Positions 27,471 to 41,158 of a stretch of DNA of 64,000 nt are shown piece by piece (the first letter of the stretch is position 1; each line of letters opens with the position of its first letter). This DNA comes from Eledone cirrhosa (taxonomy: Eukaryota), in contig OZ024750.1 in the NCBI GenBank assembly GCA_964016885.1, forward strand, positions 11,036,001 through 11,100,000, read 5' to 3'. The translations under genes were made by a program, and so were the position numbers. A model generated the notes under the pieces. It searched no databases. It was not told the origin of the DNA and worked only from the letters and a program-made list of their open reading frames with translations.

Positions 27471-28753
27471 GTAGGACACTTTTATGAATCACAGATGGGC
27501 ATATATTTGCTTTTACATGTCGTCAGTATTTAAAAGAGTTATAATTGCAAGCTTTATTCTTTTAGCGAAAATTGTGTTTTAGTATATTTAGCTGTAAAAA
27601 ATGAGGGATTTCTATAGATTTTGCAGAATACTCAGAAGTTATAGATTTCATATAATGTGTAATTTATATGTAGGAAAGTTTAGAATGTTCCTAGGTCACT
27701 TCCAATGCTTCATTATGTGGAATTCAAAGAAATTGACTGATGTATTTCATTACAAATGTGTGCGTAAGTGTCATGATTGATTTTAAATATTACCGCAGTA
27801 TTTTAGCTGTAAGTTGAGATTAAGTTGAGATTTTATTTTAAAGATTTTCACACAGTGCTTGCATTATAGTGATAATTTATCTTATCATCAGGAAATAATT
27901 GAAATAAATACTAGACTATCCTCACGCTATTTCATGAATAAATTCTTAATTAACAATAATTCATACTATTCAGTAGTGGTCAGGAAGTTAGAAGCCATGT
28001 GTAAAATGGTTTAAATTAAATGTTCTCGAACAGATGAAAGGAAGGATTGATAATATAAAGAGTTATAACAATACACCTACTCCTTGACCGTCTCTTATGT
28101 GGTAGATACTTTAGAAATATACAAATAATTTGTTTGTGAATCATTGGATGCAAAGAGCGAAGCCATTAATATGACAGAATGCTCTTCTCAATTATATTGT
28201 AGATAAAGTGGTCTTTAAACTCATTATTTGAAAATTCCCAATCAAGTACTAATTGCTTTACCCAGCCTTGTACACGTCTGTTCTAGAATATATATTTAAT
28301 ATGGAAAAGCAGCTCTGGATTTTGTAGTAATGCATATACACACATATTCTCTAATATTGCACGATAAATCACAAACATGTACACCCCAAAATATTCAACA
28401 TACATACACAATACACACGTGCACACACATTTCTTACTAGCTGTTGTGTATTGATATGAATTGCTCATGACAACGGTAACCATAACAACAGCCGTTTACA
28501 TATTATTTTGTCTCATAATACAAAGGATTCCTCAACCTGTAGTTTTAAAACTGGAATAGTTATTCTCGTTTTCATTGTATGTATTATATATATATATATA
28601 TATATATATACACAATATAAATGACAATGTAATATAATATATATACATATATATAATTTTTAATATAGAACGGTTTGATTTCCTTTGAATAAAACAGTTC
28701 TAGACTTTGATTAAAGCTTGTTTTAGTGATTTGAAAATGTATAAAAAGAAGTA

Positions 28754-28803
28754 TTCAACTTAAATGTTTATATATACTATATATATATATATAAACATTT
28801 AAG

Positions 28804-28885
<82 letters not shown>

Positions 28886-29131
28886 ATTTAAGTTGAATAT
28901 ATATATATATATATATATATAATAAATATATAAACATTTAAGTTGAATATATATATATATATATAATAAATATATAAACATTTAAGTTGAATATATATAT
29001 ATATATAATATATATATATAATAAATATATAAACATTTAAGTTGAATATATATATATATATAATATATATATATATATAATATATATAAACATTTAAGTT
29101 GAATATATATATATACATATAACATTTAAGT
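28754..29131. repeat. 17 bp unit TAAACATTTAAGTTGAA x6 separated by variable (TA)n, plus one inverted copy
   Basis: Direct copies at 28792, 28881, 28931, 28975, 29030 and 29087; inverted copy at 28754-28770. Confidence 0.9.
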
Positions 29132-29208
29132 GTTGCCTTGTTTTCATTGTATCCTTCTTATTTTTATTGATTGTACTTTAAAAGCCTATAGTTTCTCGTG
29201 TTTCTGTC

Positions 29209-29248
<40 letters not shown>

Positions 29249-29285
29249 GACAGTATGCATATATATATATATATACACATGACAG

Positions 29286-29343
<58 letters not shown>

Positions 29344-29346
<3 letters not shown>

Positions 29347-29540
29347 CGAAGGAAATGTGGTAAGGAACCAGGTGGACCATAACGCACCAAAGTACTCAAT
29401 ACTTGAGGTAGTAGAGTGGGTAATAGGAACCAGTAAGACCCCGACAGCTGAGCTCAAGCCGTTTCGACGGCTAATTCTGGACTCCAGAATTAGCCGTCGA
29501 AACGGCTTGAGCTCAGCTGTCGGGGTCTTACTGGTTCCTA
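29344..29540. mobile_element. family B element: perfect 117 bp palindrome plus 80 nt tail
   Basis: Arms 29424-29481 and 29483-29540 are exact. Each carries GAAAC-GGC-ttgagctca-GCT-GTC-GGGGTC (HHR 3' half). Flanked by (TA)n. Confidence 0.9.
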
Positions 29541-30037
29541 TATATATATATATATATATGCATACAGACACAATTCGAATCATACATATCTATCATCGTA
29601 TATTACTGGCTGTTTATTCAATTATAGTGTCACGATAGAGATCCAATCGGCGAAATTCAAAGCAAAGAATATATGTTTAGAAATGAATCATAATATAGGC
29701 TTTTATGTTGTGATTCCCTTTGATAAAAATATTGTCGGAAATGAAATATGAAAACTGTCAAACTAAGTATCGAAAGAAATACTCCATATGGCATGATGGT
29801 AAATATAGGGTAGATGATAATTGGGACTCTAAGTGTGATGAAAATTCTAACCAAAACCAGAAGCCATACCACGGCGCACGGCATTAGTCACTATCGGAAC
29901 TATTTTTGGAACAGCACACACTGAGATAGGGAGATGGGAACAAGAACATTTACTGTATATAATTGCATTCCTACATATATATACGTACATCAGTTTACAC
30001 TCACGATTGCATATGTATATTTATATTCATGTTATAA

Positions 30038-30325
30038 GGCGGAGAATGAGCAGAGGCGTTAGAATGTCGGATAGAATGTTTTATGGTATTCGTTCTGGTT
30101 CTCTGCTCCCGCCGAGGTCAACTTTGCCCTTCATCCCTTCGAGGGTGATAGAAAAAGTACCAGTCTAGTACTGGGGTCGATTCTTCCTCTCTCTCTAGAA
30201 GAAATCTACTGTTCTTAGGCCTGGAGAGGGATGGGGTCCGCCAGCCTTAAAATACCCAAGCAACGCCGTATATCAATACAGCGACCCTACGACTCTACCA
30301 CAAGTTACGGGACCATACATACATA
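30038..30325 (+). mobile_element. SINE family S2 (S1-like core, different tail)
   Basis: Shared core, then GAAGAAATCTACTG..GGCCTGGAGAGG tail also seen at 31.5 kb and 48.3 kb. Confidence 0.75.
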
Positions 30326-30814
30326 TTCATACATTTGATTAAAAGCAGGTGTCTCTATATTTCAGGTAGATTATTTTCCTGTTTTAAATCTCTAAAAGTA
30401 TGTTTTAATTTAATAAAACTAATTTGAAGACAAAATAATTACTGTTACAGGACAATATGTGTACTAGTATCATCAATGTTATATATTTAATTTCAACTAT
30501 CAACATATTCCTAAACATGATCTGTATAAAATATATTCTATTTTTTGTTGGTCTCACAACTCCCATTTCAATCGTCGACATCATATCAGTCAATGGTCCT
30601 ATTGCATTCTCTTCAATGTATTTACTCTAAATGAAATTATTCACAGGAAATTAAATTGAGAGAGAAAATAGGAAATAAGAATTATTTGTAAAATACGAAT
30701 AGAAGTAAAAATAGAAACTGCAGCGGAATTAATTGAGGATAAATTATGAATAACGAATTTATTAAAGGAAAATATCTAAAAGTAGCAGCTGATACTGGAA
30801 GAAATTTCTCATTA

Positions 30815-31105
30815 AATTGTTATTTCGTCGGTTACGACGACGAGTGTTTCAGGTGATTAGATCAGTAAAACAACCTGCACGTGAAATTAACATGCAAGTG
30901 GCTGAGTATACCAGAAACAGGTGTTTCCTTAATGGAGTCATCAGGGAAATTCAGCATAACACAAAATGTAATATGGCTGACTCTTCGAATTACAGGTACC
31001 GCACAATAGCTGGTTGGACTGGAACCCAATGTAATAAAGTGACTTGCTCAAAGATAAACGGATCGTAGGGAATCGAACTCATAACTTAACGATCGTGAGA
31101 CTAGG
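30815..31105 (-). mobile_element. CORE-like SINE
   Basis: Reverse B box (GGGAATCGAACTC) and CORE-like AAGTGACTTGCTCAA; body recalls a common octopod repeat. Confidence 0.6.
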
Positions 31106-31169
31106 CGAAGCCGTTTCACGAAATCCCTAATATATGTTATCTGCTACTGTTTAGATTCAAATATGTAAA

Positions 31170-31287
31170 TGCATTGTAGTATTTTTCCGGCTTTTTGCTC
31201 ACTTTCAAATCCCACTGAGGTCAACTTTGCCTTCCATCCTTTCGATAAAATAAAGGACCAGTCTAGTAATGGGCTCGATTATTTCTC

Positions 31288-31336
<49 letters not shown>

Positions 31337-31665
31337 CTCTGTCTGACCACCGATCCAGACGTATATTATTATTGTCTGTGATACAGAAACCTTTGGTAAT
31401 GGAGTAGTTATGTTTTGTATTGTTCACTTTCTAATTAAAAGCTCTGTTCTATACATAGAGCACTCTTTTTTCCTTTGCTTATTCTTCGGAATTATCTAAC
31501 ATTATATATATATATATAATTATCACCTCCATTCTCTCATTCTCTATCCTTCTCTAGAAGAAATCTACTGTACTCAGGCCTGGAGAGGATTGAGGTCCAC
31601 CTGGGTTAAATGAAAGGCCCTATGTTAACATGGCGCTTCTCCGACTCCACCAGGAGTTACGGGAA
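31170..31665 (+). mobile_element. SINE S2 interrupted by (TA)n plus a 170 bp insert (31333-31500)
   Basis: Core at 31200-31290; tail resumes at about 31522. Confidence 0.7.
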
Positions 31666-31862
31666 AAAATACAAAAAAATAATTATATCCTGTCTAAATG
31701 GTTTTTCTTTCTTTCCTTGTCAGTTCAGAAGGTCATATACGAAATTATTATTGTCTGGTTGTTGCCATGAACCGAGTTTAGTACATGTCGAAACAACTTC
31801 TTGTTCGTTTTCATATGTTGGCAATGTTTGGGTTAGGATCTGTTATAATTTTGTACCTATGA

Positions 31863-32083
31863 GGGCGGCGGATTGGCAGTATCGGTAGAGGGTCGGACAT
31901 CATGCTTTGCAGCATAGAGTTACGGCCCTTTATGATCTGAATTAAAATCCTGCCGAGGTTAACTTTCCCTTTCATCCTTATGGGGGCGATAAAATAAAGC
32001 ACTAGTAACGTACCGGGGTCGATTTAATCGACTTTCCCCTCCCACCAAATTACTGGCCTTGTGCCTATACTAGAAATCATTAT
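31863..32083 (+). mobile_element. SINE S1, long-tail variant
   Basis: TSD TTTGTACCTAT on both sides. Confidence 0.92.
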
Positions 32084-32407
32084 TTTGTACCTATATTTGG
32101 TATATTTCTGCGAGAATCAGTCTTTGTTTGTAGTTCTGAAATACTAAGACATTGTTGACATCGACTTTTGCTAACTTCTTATCTGTCAATAATATTAAAC
32201 AATCATGTATTTTATATTCATATTGCATCCAAAATTTAATATATCCACACGCACACACACTATGTAAAATCATTTCACTCAATTTTTAATGTAATTTTCA
32301 TTTTGACAATTACGCTGACTTCTATTGAATGAAGGAATGGGTGGGTGGTGTTATAATTGCTGTTATTGATATTATTATCCTTATTGCTATTATTATCATC
32401 ATTATTC

Positions 32408-32422
32408 GTAGTAGTATAGTAA

Positions 32423-32516
<94 letters not shown>

Positions 32517-32532
32517 GGTAGCAGCAGCAGCA
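32408..32532. repeat. (TAG)n microsatellite
   Basis: Direct observation. Confidence 0.95.
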
Positions 32533-34251
32533 TCAGCAAATATTTTATTAACATTTCTATAGTGGTTCCATCTTACTGTCACTTCAACCACTTCGAGTGA
32601 CAGCTGCAACATGCACAAATATGCAGAAGAAACAAAAACAAAACAAAACAAAATAAAACCCCCACAGCAAATGTACGGATTTAAAAACAAAGCCAGAAAT
32701 AGCCGTATGGAGATTATAGAAATGGCAATAAGACGGCATATAATCTTATGTGAACTAGATTACTAAGTGAAATTCTAGCTGCTCCAGAAACATCAGTAGC
32801 ATAAACCAAAGTTTGAAAGAACGTTGGAAAATATGGAAAATATATCTTACATGATAGGAGGAAATTAAACGCTGCTGAAAGAACTCTATTTATCGACTGA
32901 TCATAAAGAAAATTTTAGTTTTATTTTATATTTTATATTTTATATTTTATATTTTATATTTTAACTGGGTGGGAAGTAATTTTCTCATCGTTATATTCCT
33001 ATTTTCTATATTCATCTGAGATATTTGTCAACAATTATTACAGAATGTATTAATATGTAATATATATGATGAGTTTATTGCAGCAAAATATGTACTGGTA
33101 GAGTTGGTAGCTACATAATAGTTATATTGGATATAATAAAACGCACCCAGTTTATTGAAATATCTGACACCGAACGAAAGACAGCAAAATTAATCATGCC
33201 AGCTTTTTTAAAGACGACTACTAACTGTGTGTTCTATAGTCATGTTTCTTTTAAAATGAAGAGTTATCAGTATTTTTATGTACAATTACTGTTGAAACAA
33301 TCAATCAGACTATTGCATCGTTGTACAGGTAAAAGTTGGTATATAAATAAATTGAAATAAATCCAATATTCTTTTCTTTACATCAATAACGCATTAACTG
33401 CCACCTGCATTAACATATATAGAGACAAATGACGCCAGTTTTAATTCTTTTCTCATACCTATTTGTTCTAAAATCAGGCGCTTTAAAATTGTACAAACTC
33501 CATAAATAACCTTTCATTGCAGAATATTTAGATTAAGTTTAAATTAAATTCCCTTAACAAGATGAATATATATATTGGGAAATATTTAAATAAACTACAA
33601 CAAGGTATATATAAATATTCTATAAAAAACATTAAGCAAAGTGTCTCAAATGATTATTCAATTTTGAAGCATATGTATATTAAATATATCCTGGATGATT
33701 GGAAGTGAATATTGTCCTTGCAATCTCTTCTACAATGCTGGCACCAACACGTGTAACGTTCAATTTAAATGTATGTAGCAAACCATGGCAGGCATAATGA
33801 AGTTCATTGAGATGAATCTTGAGAGAGGAATAATTCCTTAAATGCTTTCCAGATACAGACTATAAGAATGACATAAAGATGTAGGACGTGTGTTGCAGCG
33901 TTTCTTAGTTCGGATGATCAGATACATTTGTGGAAAGAAATGTCAAAGATAGATCAGTGTGTATGTGAATCAGTTGTAGCGAATTGGAGAGTGTGGTTTT
34001 GTGAATTCAAAGAATCTCCTATCTTGGTCGGAAGAAACAGTCTAAGTATATTCCAATTATGTTTCACTTCATGCAGGTGATGTTTGTGGTTTGTAGAATT
34101 TCGGCATATAATCACAATATATTACCATCAAATCATTATTCACACATAATCACAATATATTGCCAACAGCTAATTATTTGCGGTGTTACATCAAACAAAT
34201 TATCATTCATCTGATGTATAATTATCATTCACCCAGTATTTATCTCGCATT

Positions 34252-34436
34252 GGGCGGTGGATTGGCAGTATCGGTAGAGGGTCGGACGCCATGCTTTCAA
34301 GCATAGTTACGTCCCTTTACGATCTGAGTTCAAATCCCGCCGAGGTTGACTTTGCCTTTCATCCTTACGGGGTCGATAAAATAAAGTACCAGTAATGCAC
34401 TGGGTAATTGCTGGCCTTGTGCCTAAAGTAGAAACA
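34252..34436 (+). mobile_element. SINE S1, young copy
   Basis: 17 bp TSD AGTATTTATCTCGCATT at 34235-34251 and 34437-34453; intact A and B boxes. Confidence 0.95.
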
Positions 34437-37400
34437 AGTATTTATCTCGCATTTAAATATTTATAATAACTGACTTATACACATTTAACTGGCTGTTTAC
34501 AGCATCACAAATCTTATGAAAGTATGTAGTTTGGAAATCATGATCAAATACAAACACTTAGCAATGTAATTCATTGCTTTTGTATCTCATTAACTAGCCT
34601 TTTTATAATGTATCAGAGAGGTTGTAGAATGATGTATAAATATAGTTCATGTTGATTATCCAAGGGTTTTCAAGAAAGCATCAATTCCATTTTAAATGTA
34701 GTTAATCCTTATATATCTCAAGAGACCTGACTGTCATCTTCATAGGGTAACGATAAAAAAAAACGCCAGAAGAAATATTACTGTTAACTTAGAACCCAAA
34801 CATTTATTATTTCAGCTACCTCATGTAAATAGTTGCCAAATCCGCCCGAAACCAGTACTTGTCGTTTTAAGATGAATGGGGTTATTGCATAATACAGACA
34901 AACATAGATAACGACGAGAGATTGGCATCTGGAATACATTCGATCGTGAGCCTTTTCTATCATTGAGACCGAACAACAAATTTGACTGACATACATTAAC
35001 ATGAGGAATTATAAAGGTTACTTCTTATTTATAACGTAACATGTATTTCAATGTTAAATGAATTAGTTTCGTAAGCCATGGAACTGCATAGATAAGATTT
35101 CTTAGCTGTTAGGAACAAGTTATAATTGTGATTAATAATTTGAGCAATTTAATATTAAAAAAATCAATAAATCAGGAGCCTTTTGTCGTGGTGAATAATA
35201 TCTTAAGAAATTTGTTCTAACTCATAACAGTTATTAAATAAATAGTGACTGTGTTCTACTACATAAGAATAGACATATAATAACCTCTGAATCTCATTTT
35301 TATCATCATTATATATTGTTATTTATTTGTTTAGTTTTATAATCTCCTTGTTCCCAATTTGAGCGTGATGTTTTGATGTGCTAATGTTAGAGTGCGAATG
35401 TAATAGGCAAACTGGCGCCAGCTTAACAAAAGCCAGATTCGGATAAAATATATAATATTGGATAAGTCATGGAATGTAGCGCTGGTACAAATCAATAAAT
35501 ATTATATATTTGCTTGGTAAAGTAAACAATGAAATATAGGGATTATGCCTAAATGATGGTAGAGACATTGGAAATCAAGAATACTTGTTTTTAAACATTA
35601 GATGAGACGTAATATTTCTTGCAGACATTGACAAGAATGGACATAAGTACCTTCATTAGGACTGGCCTCGTAGGTTATTTAAATGTATATTTTTCTTTAA
35701 CTATTTCACAGTTTCTGCAAACCCGCTTAATATCTTCTAATTCGGTTATTTGCACATTTCAACTGAAATCCTTTACAAAATATCTTTCCATTCAGCCATC
35801 TCATTTAAATATTATTTTCAATTTAACATATCAGTTTTACATTTTGGAATGTCGAGATAGTTGTTTCTTAAAAGCACATAAACGTGTCTAGACAACAAAT
35901 AAAATTCGAACAGGATTTATCTGCCGGTATTATTAACATCTTAGTAATGGAGTCAATTTGATACAAGTGCATTTCAGCCAGATCACAGATCTGATGAAAA
36001 TATATTCCCTTATTCTCATCATTCTCGCCTACTCTAATAACTGTAAGGATTACATGATATTCAATTTCTATCAGTTATTTGGGAATCTTCACCAAAATTA
36101 ACTCGTTTATTTCTAATCGTTTTGTAGGTTATATCCAAATGCTCACAGCATTTCGTGAGTTATTTTCTTGTTTGAGAGACGAGACTATGATGCCATGATT
36201 CCAAACAGACGATGCTTTATTTACTAATTACGTATTGATGTCATACTGGTCTCAAATGAATGTTAATTGAGAAAGATTCAAAAACTTCTAATATATGATT
36301 TTTAGTATAAATCAATAGATAGAAGAATATATATATTTTCTAAGTAGAAAACAATATTAATTTATAATTATCATTCATGTAATTGTAAATGAAAAACAAT
36401 ATATGTATATAGAAAATTAGTAGAAATATATAGAGAAAATAACTTTTTAAAATTCTATTCGTAAGGAAATACAAACTATGAAAGTAAAAACAATTGCTTA
36501 TTCCAATATTTGGCCTTGATCGCTGCCAGAGAAGTAAAAAAGAATCTATTCAACCAAATAAAATAAATGCTTCAATTTTCACGCTAGATAGCATTTTATT
36601 ATATTCATCTTAACTGTGTGGAAAGAATTCTGATAAATTTCTACTTATAAGTTTACATTTTCTCTAATACTTATCATTTGCTCCTGAGTGATAAATGAGA
36701 TGTTTTCCTTCAAAGGAACTCTTACACTATTCAACATATTATATAAATTGAATACAATGAATAACAAAGCTAGTCTTTCCAGGTATTATCAGTTACCTGT
36801 AACCGCATAATGTATATCATTTTTTCTAAGAAAATCATTCGTCCTTCCTTCTTGATCTTCTAAATTTTTAAAGACATTTCTCACGAGACAACCAGAGATC
36901 TCTGTGTATAAAACACAATGTCTAAGTTAGATTCATTTTTGGAGATAATATATTTCATATAATTGTTTCTATTTTAGGCCAGCAATTACCCAGTGCATTA
37001 TTGGTACTTTATTTTTCATATAATGCATCCTCATTATATTTCATTTCGAAATAATGATGTTGAGAATTAATGAAAGCAGTAATTTAATATATCCTACAAA
37101 GAGAAATGTCAAAATTACATATTCTATTACGTAGACATAGTAATATGACAAAGTATATATACTTATCATTTTTACAAAACATTAATATTCAAATTTAAAA
37201 CTGTTTTAAAGTTTTAATTTCATAAAGGGAAAAAATATGCAAATATGATTTATATACAAAGTAAATTAGTTCATCAAAATTACTAAGCAAGTGAGTAGAA
37301 TATTTTCAAGATTTGTAGCTTTGTAGCAAGTGTCTAAACAATGTATGCTATGATGTTCGACATTTAGAATTATTACTCATTTATGTGACAAATAAAATAA

Positions 37401-38052
37401 CAGTATACAAAAAAACAATATCACCAACAAAACATCGTGCTGTATCAGCATATTCCATTTTAATAATTAAATACACATGACTGAGGTTTTAAGACCGAGG
37501 TTTCAAAACATATTCTCTCATTTAGAGAAATGTCCCTGTAATTAATTGAAAGGATGGCATGCAACATTTAATTTAGTTCAACCATATGTGTTGCATTTGT
37601 AACATTCCAATTATTTTGCGATTTTATTGTCATTCTAAATGTAACCAAATCAACATGCTGAAAGGCCACAGTCCATCAAATGTGACACTGTAATAAACCT
37701 TGATAATGGATTAGCTTTCAGAATGTATTTCATCATTAGTTCCACTGGTATAATCACACATTAGTCACGATCTCTTAGACCGTTATGTTATAAGAGAATG
37801 GGTTCGATTGTGATATTAGATCTTTCAACTATGAAATGATGAATTAAAATATCGTCTGCTGCTATTTTTGACATCAGACTATAAAAAAGTACTCTTAAAA
37901 CTACAAAATCGTCATTTAATTACGTTCCAGTATTTTTACATCTGGTTCTCCTTTTGCAAACTAAACACGAACACACTAATTAGATGCTTCTCGATTTATC
38001 TTTGTTGCTGGTTATACCTACAATTATATAAATCTAACATCATATAAACCTA

Positions 38053-38245
38053 AGGGCGGTGGATTGACAGTATCGGTAGAGAGTCAGACGCCATGCTTCG
38101 ACGCATAGAGTTACGGCCCTTGCCATTCTGAGCTAAAATCTCGCCGAGGTTAACTTTGCCTTTCATCCTTACGGGGTCGATAAAATAAAGTACCAGTAAT
38201 GTACTAGGTAATTGCTAGCCTTGTGCCAAGAGTGGAAACAATTAT
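38053..38245 (+). mobile_element. SINE S1
   Basis: TSD ATATAAACCTA. Confidence 0.92.
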
Positions 38246-38454
38246 ATAAACCTACCATTATATAAACGACTTTTCATATATGATGTAATGAAGCCCCAAT
38301 ATTTATAAATGAAAAGGAATAATTTGTTTTCACTACAACGGCACCGGTGAAGTTGCAACTTATTTCCACAGTGAACAGGAGGAAGGTGAATTAAAGTATA
38401 TTGCCCAAGAACACCACAAACATGGCATTCTGAGCCACGTGTGTGTGCACGCGT

Positions 38455-38817
38455 GGAGAGAGAAAGAGATAGAGATAGAGGGGATGAGGAGAGAGAGAGA
38501 GAGAGAGAGCGAGACCGTGAGAAAGTGAGAGAGACCGTGAGAAAGCGTGAGAGAGAGCAAGCGAGCACGAGAGAGAACGAGAGAGAGCGAGCGAGGGAGA
38601 GAGCGAGCGAGCGAACGAGAGCGAGATAGAGAAAGAGAGAAAGAGAGAGAGAGAGAGACAGAGAGAGAGAGAAACAGAGAGAGAAAGAGAAAAACAGAGA
38701 GAGAAAGAGAGAAAGAAAGAGAGAGAGAAAGAGAGAGAGAGAAAGAGGGAGAGAGAGAGAGCGCGAGAGCGCGCGAGAGAGAGAAAGAGAGCGAGAGCAC
38801 GAGAGAGAGTGAGAGAA
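38455..38817. repeat. (GA)-rich microsatellite
   Basis: Direct observation. Confidence 0.95.
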
Positions 38818-40464
38818 TTGTTAGCGGCGCCAAGGGCGATCCCAGTCGTCCCTTCTTGGATTCTATAGTTATTCTTTTATATCATATTTTAATCCTATCA
38901 AATTACTTTAACCTAGTATTTAGCTTGTTAACAGATTGGATTAGTCTTTCTAAAGTAAAGGAGAAAATATTGATGATTAAATGCATATAAACATGGCGGA
39001 TAGAGAAACAATTGGCCAGTTTGTTTAAGATGGTATATTTCCTGGTTACTTTCTATCTTTTTGTTTCTTTTTCCTCATTCTCTGTAGATGTTAAACTATT
39101 GGCACCTTATTATAAAAGATCTTAATTCTTTCATTTCACTGTTTTCCATTCTTTGTGTGAGAAACTTCCTTAACTTTCTTATATCTACATTGTTTCGTTT
39201 TCAAGAAATTGTATCAATAAATGTATTCACAGATGCATTAATCAGATATTACAATATACCATTAAATAAGGCCTTCTAGAACGTTCTCCTGGCGCCATTT
39301 GCTGTAGCGGATGAAATGATAAACAGTAAAAACAAATTTAATTTAAGGAATATGACACTCGGTTTATGAGTGTACATTATGTGGCAGAAAAGTGAATGAA
39401 AATGTATAGAAAATATAACAAAAGGTTGAATATTAATATACAACATTTGGAAGAAAATGAATTTAAAAAATGAATCCCGGGCAGCATAATATTACAAGAA
39501 GGAAAATATGTAAACAAAGAACAACGTCAGAGGGAAGCATCGGGCGAAGGATAACAATCATAATACCAAAAAAGGAACATATAAAAATGTTAATAGATAA
39601 ATCAACAAAGGCAGTTACACATACATGAGAAATAATTCCTTCCCATAAGAAAGAATTTATAAATAAAAAGAAACATTAAATGTGCGGTATATATTTAAAT
39701 TTCAGTGCACATAAAGACATATATATTGCTTTACAAAATTCTTTATATATGTTAGTATGTGTAGGTAAAAGTTAGTAGCGCAAAAGAAACAGTATATATA
39801 AAGTTACAAAATATGTTTTTACAGTGTTCAGAAATATTGAAAATGTTGTAATCTGAATTGAATTATGTTGGTATATCATACATAGAAACAACACAAACCA
39901 CCATAATCATCACCACCACCACCATCACGATGACAACGACGACCACCACTACCAACACGATGACGACGACGATGGTGATGCTGGTAACTGTGATTGAAAT
40001 AACAATGTGGTCACAATACCAGTGATTAGAAAAGCACTAGGAATGATTAAACAAAAAGAACAGAAAATTATTCGAGAATGTTCGCTGACTTACGCTCACT
40101 ACAAGACGTTTAAAAAATTGCTTTACTTGTCACATGAATTGAGAAGAGCATTATAGCTGTGACCATAATATTCTATGTAATTTTTTTTTACGTAACCATA
40201 TTTGATTATATTCCATAATTATGTAAGTTGTAAATAATCGAGCATTCATATAATTTATTATCATTTTGTCGTATGTTTTTAAATACACTTGTCGAAACAA
40301 ATGATATACTTGTAACTGTGTAAAGTGTGTGACGTGAACATTCTGGCGTCTTTATCTTTGTGGTTTATCAATGAATGCAGAGAATTTCTTTGCCCTAGGT
40401 ATCGGGAAAATACTGGAGACAAGGAAACAAAACAAGGAAGAGAAAAAACACAATTATTAATAAT

Positions 40465-40620
40465 AAAACTCGCAAAATATAAAGCTCTAGAATTTGGCAC
40501 CTTAAAACACAAGCTATTCTGGTAGTGACAGAAGCTCTAGGTATCATAAAGAAAGGTGCTTAAAAGTTTCTAGAAAATACACCTGGTAAACCTAGCGTCT
40601 ATGAAATCCAAAAAATAGTT
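40465..40620 (+). pseudogene. R4/Dong-clade LINE RLE-domain fragment
   Basis: KLAKYKALE / IWHLKTQAILVVTEALGIIKKGA*KFLENTPGKPSVYEIQKIV resembles the R4/Dong C-terminus; begins at TAATAATAA. Confidence 0.7.
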
Positions 40621-40900
40621 GGATCCAAAAACAAATACCACCCAAATACTTCATAAATATTTGACTTTGTCATATATGTCGACACACAATATTTTCTGTT
40701 TAAATTTTATAGTAAATTTTATTGATATCTAAAACTATTCAAATATCTTTAGGGCAAAATTAATTCATATCTTTTAAACTCCTTTTTATCTTCTACTACT
40801 CATACTTTTTATATTTATTTTCTCGTTTATATAAAAACTTATTTACCATTTAACATTTGTGATGGAACTTGTTAAGTGAATGTGAGGACGGAACACGCCC

Positions 40901-40972
<72 letters not shown>

Positions 40973-41003
40973 GTATACAAACACACACACATATGTATAT
41001 ATA

Positions 41004-41044
41004 AAACGAAGGAAGTGGAGTAAGGAACCAGATGGACCATAACG
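41004..41044 (-). mobile_element. family B terminal 40 bp
   Basis: AACGAAGGAAGTGGAGTAAGGAACCAGATGGACCATAACG within a TA tract. Confidence 0.8.
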
Positions 41045-41083
41045 TTTGTATACATACATATATATATATATTGTGTGTTTTTT

Positions 41084-41128
<45 letters not shown>

Positions 41129-41158
41129 ACACACACACAATATATATATATATATATA

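Noticed and set aside
28792-29131. Repeat-spacer array
   Set aside because: Spacers are only TA-rich low-complexity sequence, not CRISPR spacers.
34252-34340. tRNA gene
   Set aside because: The A and B boxes belong to the SINE head; no complete cloverleaf.
38330-38440. Exon-like open frame
   Set aside because: Better explained as a reverse CORE-SINE fragment (AAGTATATTGCCCAAGAACAC).
39088-39125. Strong acceptor followed by VKLLAPYYKRS*
   Set aside because: No partner exon or recognisable homology.
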